DNA of 63,181 bases, filler included, from Saprolegnia diclina VS20 (taxonomy: Eukaryota), in assembly GCF_000281045.1 (NCBI RefSeq). It is 5 parts of 2 records of this genome, joined end to end, with 100 filler letters (N's around TTAATTAATTAA, not from the genome) between each part and the next. Parts side by side here need not be neighbours in the genome. Positions count along the whole stretch, not along the records: positions 60,852 to 63,181 come from NW_008246091.1; 4 more parts are not named here. One strand, 5' to 3'. Shown here one piece after another: positions 61,577 to 63,181 of the stretch (its first letter is position 1; each line of letters opens with the position of its first letter). The notes under the pieces were generated by a model that was not told the origin of the DNA, ran no database searches, and saw only the letters and a list, made by a program, of their open reading frames with translations. The position numbers and the translations under genes were made by a program.

Positions 61577-63181
61577 TTAGAGAGCATCCAAGAGAGGAAT
61601 TCCTGCCCGGAGTGCAAGTGGTGTGCTCCCATCGTTGCGCAGCGGTAGCACAAAAAGCCGCCAGATCTTTATGTCGAGCACGACCATATTTGCGCCGACG
61701 CGAAGCGTGAGGAGACCGACGAGCACGGCGGACGACCGATCGAGGTAGTAGACATTCTTGTACGTCCAATGCGTTTGCTCAAACAGAAATTTGGCGCCCG
61801 AGGTGAGGAAGAGCGATGCCATAGGGACTGACGTTGTTGTGCGGACGCCGCACTTGACCACGAGGTAGCAAATGCCGTGCGAGCCCAAGACGGTACCGAC
61901 GAGGATCGCCATGCGCAAAAGACTCCCGATCTGGATGGATCCAGACGTGCACGCCGCTTGCGCGTCGACCTGCTCAGAGACACACGCAAGGTCGATCGAA
62001 GTGGTCGCTGTCACGGGTGCCAAGTTGGTCAGCAGCGCCGCCGCGACCCACACCAGGAGACCGTTGAGCATCGCATAATGCGTCGCGTATTGGCCAGTAA
62101 AGACGAGAAGAATGTCATTGACGATCGTAATCAGCCACGTGACTTCGTTGGCCGCCAATAATGTCTTGTACCACGGATCTCGAACAGTGACAAAGTAGCT
62201 TAAATAGCCCGAATTCTGCAACTGCAGTGTGGCTGTCGAGAGGACCACCATGGCGGTCACACTCCGAAGCAGCAAGAACGGCCGACCGACCCAGACAATA
62301 CCACCCACGCGGCCGAGCTCGAGCATGTTCCAGCCTTCGAGGGCGCCGTGGCTGATCATTATGTAAACAGTCGCAAGCCCCGCAATCGCCATCATGACAC
62401 CCGTGACGTAGAGGACGCCCGCTCGTAAATACCGCGCGATGTTGCTTGGGACTTGCCATGCCTGGGTGGCCTGTGAGAGCGGCGGTTGGTAGTCGGTGAT
62501 GAGCGTCAGGCTTGCCGTGTCGCCTTGAAACGAAATGACTTCGCGAATACCCAGCACCCAGTCGTAGAGGTAAAGCCAAGCAAAAAACTCAAAGTTTGAT
62601 TCGCTCGGGTCGAGGAGCTTGCGAGACTGCAGCTGGAGCACGGGCGTCGTCGCATTGTCGCGGAAAAAGAGCAAAAATGAAATGTCGAGCGCGCGCACCG
62701 TGTCGCGTATGTCGAGGATCGAAGCGCGGACCGCCTCTGATTGGGGCACGTAGGAATTGATGTAGGATACCGTCGACCGAAGGTACACGGCACACTGCAG
62801 GACGTACGCCACGTCGTGGGCGCACACGCGCGTCATGTTGGTGCTGCTGTCGAGCTGCGCCATGAGCGCACTCAAAACGTAGTGTTGCCGCGTAGGTTGG
62901 ATGCGCGCCGTCGTGCCGGACGCCGAGAGACAAATAGCGTCGTACGAGACGATGGCGAAGAGCCCTGCGGTCATGAGCCGCGACGCTGTTATGTCGGGGC
63001 ACAGCGGCGACCCGCCATAGGACGCCGGGTACGGCAGCGCCAGCCATGCCCCGGGCACGGGGTACGAAATATCCAGCGGTGTAATGTTGTAGTAGGCAGC
63101 TTGGACCGCTAAAGTGCCTGCCAGCGGTGCCCGTGTCAGCTCCAATAGCGTCGACATGAGCTGTTGCACTTTCGGTGGTGG
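61577..63181 (-). CDS. Same multi-TM family, third copy (5' end beyond the window)
   Basis: Collinear with the 58652 copy (IVSYDAICLSASGT.ARIQPTR, ELGRVGGIVWVGRPFLLLRS, DPWYKTLLAANEVTWL). Confidence 0.88.
   Translation of the reverse strand, partial: PPPKVQQLMSTLLELTRAPLAGTLAVQAAYYNITPLDISYPVPGAWLALPYPASYGGSPLCPDITASRLMTAGLFAIVSYDAICLSASGTTARIQPTRQHYVLSALMAQLDSSTNMTRVCAHDVAYVLQCAVYLRSTVSYINSYVPQSEAVRASILDIRDTVRALDISFLLFFRDNATTPVLQLQSRKLLDPSESNFEFFAWLYLYDWVLGIREVISFQGDTASLTLITDYQPPLSQATQAWQVPSNIARYLRAGVLYVTGVMMAIAGLATVYIMISHGALEGWNMLELGRVGGIVWVGRPFLLLRSVTAMVVLSTATLQLQNSGYLSYFVTVRDPWYKTLLAANEVTWLITIVNDILLVFTGQYATHYAMLNGLLVWVAAALLTNLAPVTATTSIDLACVSEQVDAQAACTSGSIQIGSLLRMAILVGTVLGSHGICYLVVKCGVRTTTSVPMASLFLTSGAKFLFEQTHWTYKNVYYLDRSSAVLVGLLTLRVGANMVVLDIKIWRLFVLPLRNDGSTPLALRAGIPLLDAL

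Overview
This is a gene-dense, GC-rich eukaryotic scaffold with short GT-AG introns. It is most consistent with an oomycete, probably Saprolegniales (inferred from gene families, intron size and an INR/FPR-like promoter). It contains several N gaps, four of which carry an artificial TTAATTAATTAA linker. Positions 1-46 kb hold recognisable housekeeping genes: neuroguidin/LCP5, DIS3L2, a mitochondrial carrier, alpha-carbonic anhydrase, a COQ10-EF-hand fusion, INTS9, VPS33, KDSR, a FYVE-PX-coiled-coil protein and CCDC153. These are interleaved with two expanded families. The first is four multi-pass membrane kinase-family paralogues; the three with a visible kinase domain carry tyrosine-kinase-type motifs and a shared unannotated beta-rich domain. 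The second is three secreted bacterial-type S1 proteases, two with a DVUA0089-like C-terminal domain. Positions 46-63 kb are repeat-rich: a Ty1/copia element, inverted arrays of a palindromic ~31-bp unit, MITE-like hairpins, an ankyrin pseudogene disrupted by a truncated copia and a perfect 105-bp fold-back, and three partial copies of a multi-TM family of unknown function. Exon boundaries were read by eye and many are approximate.
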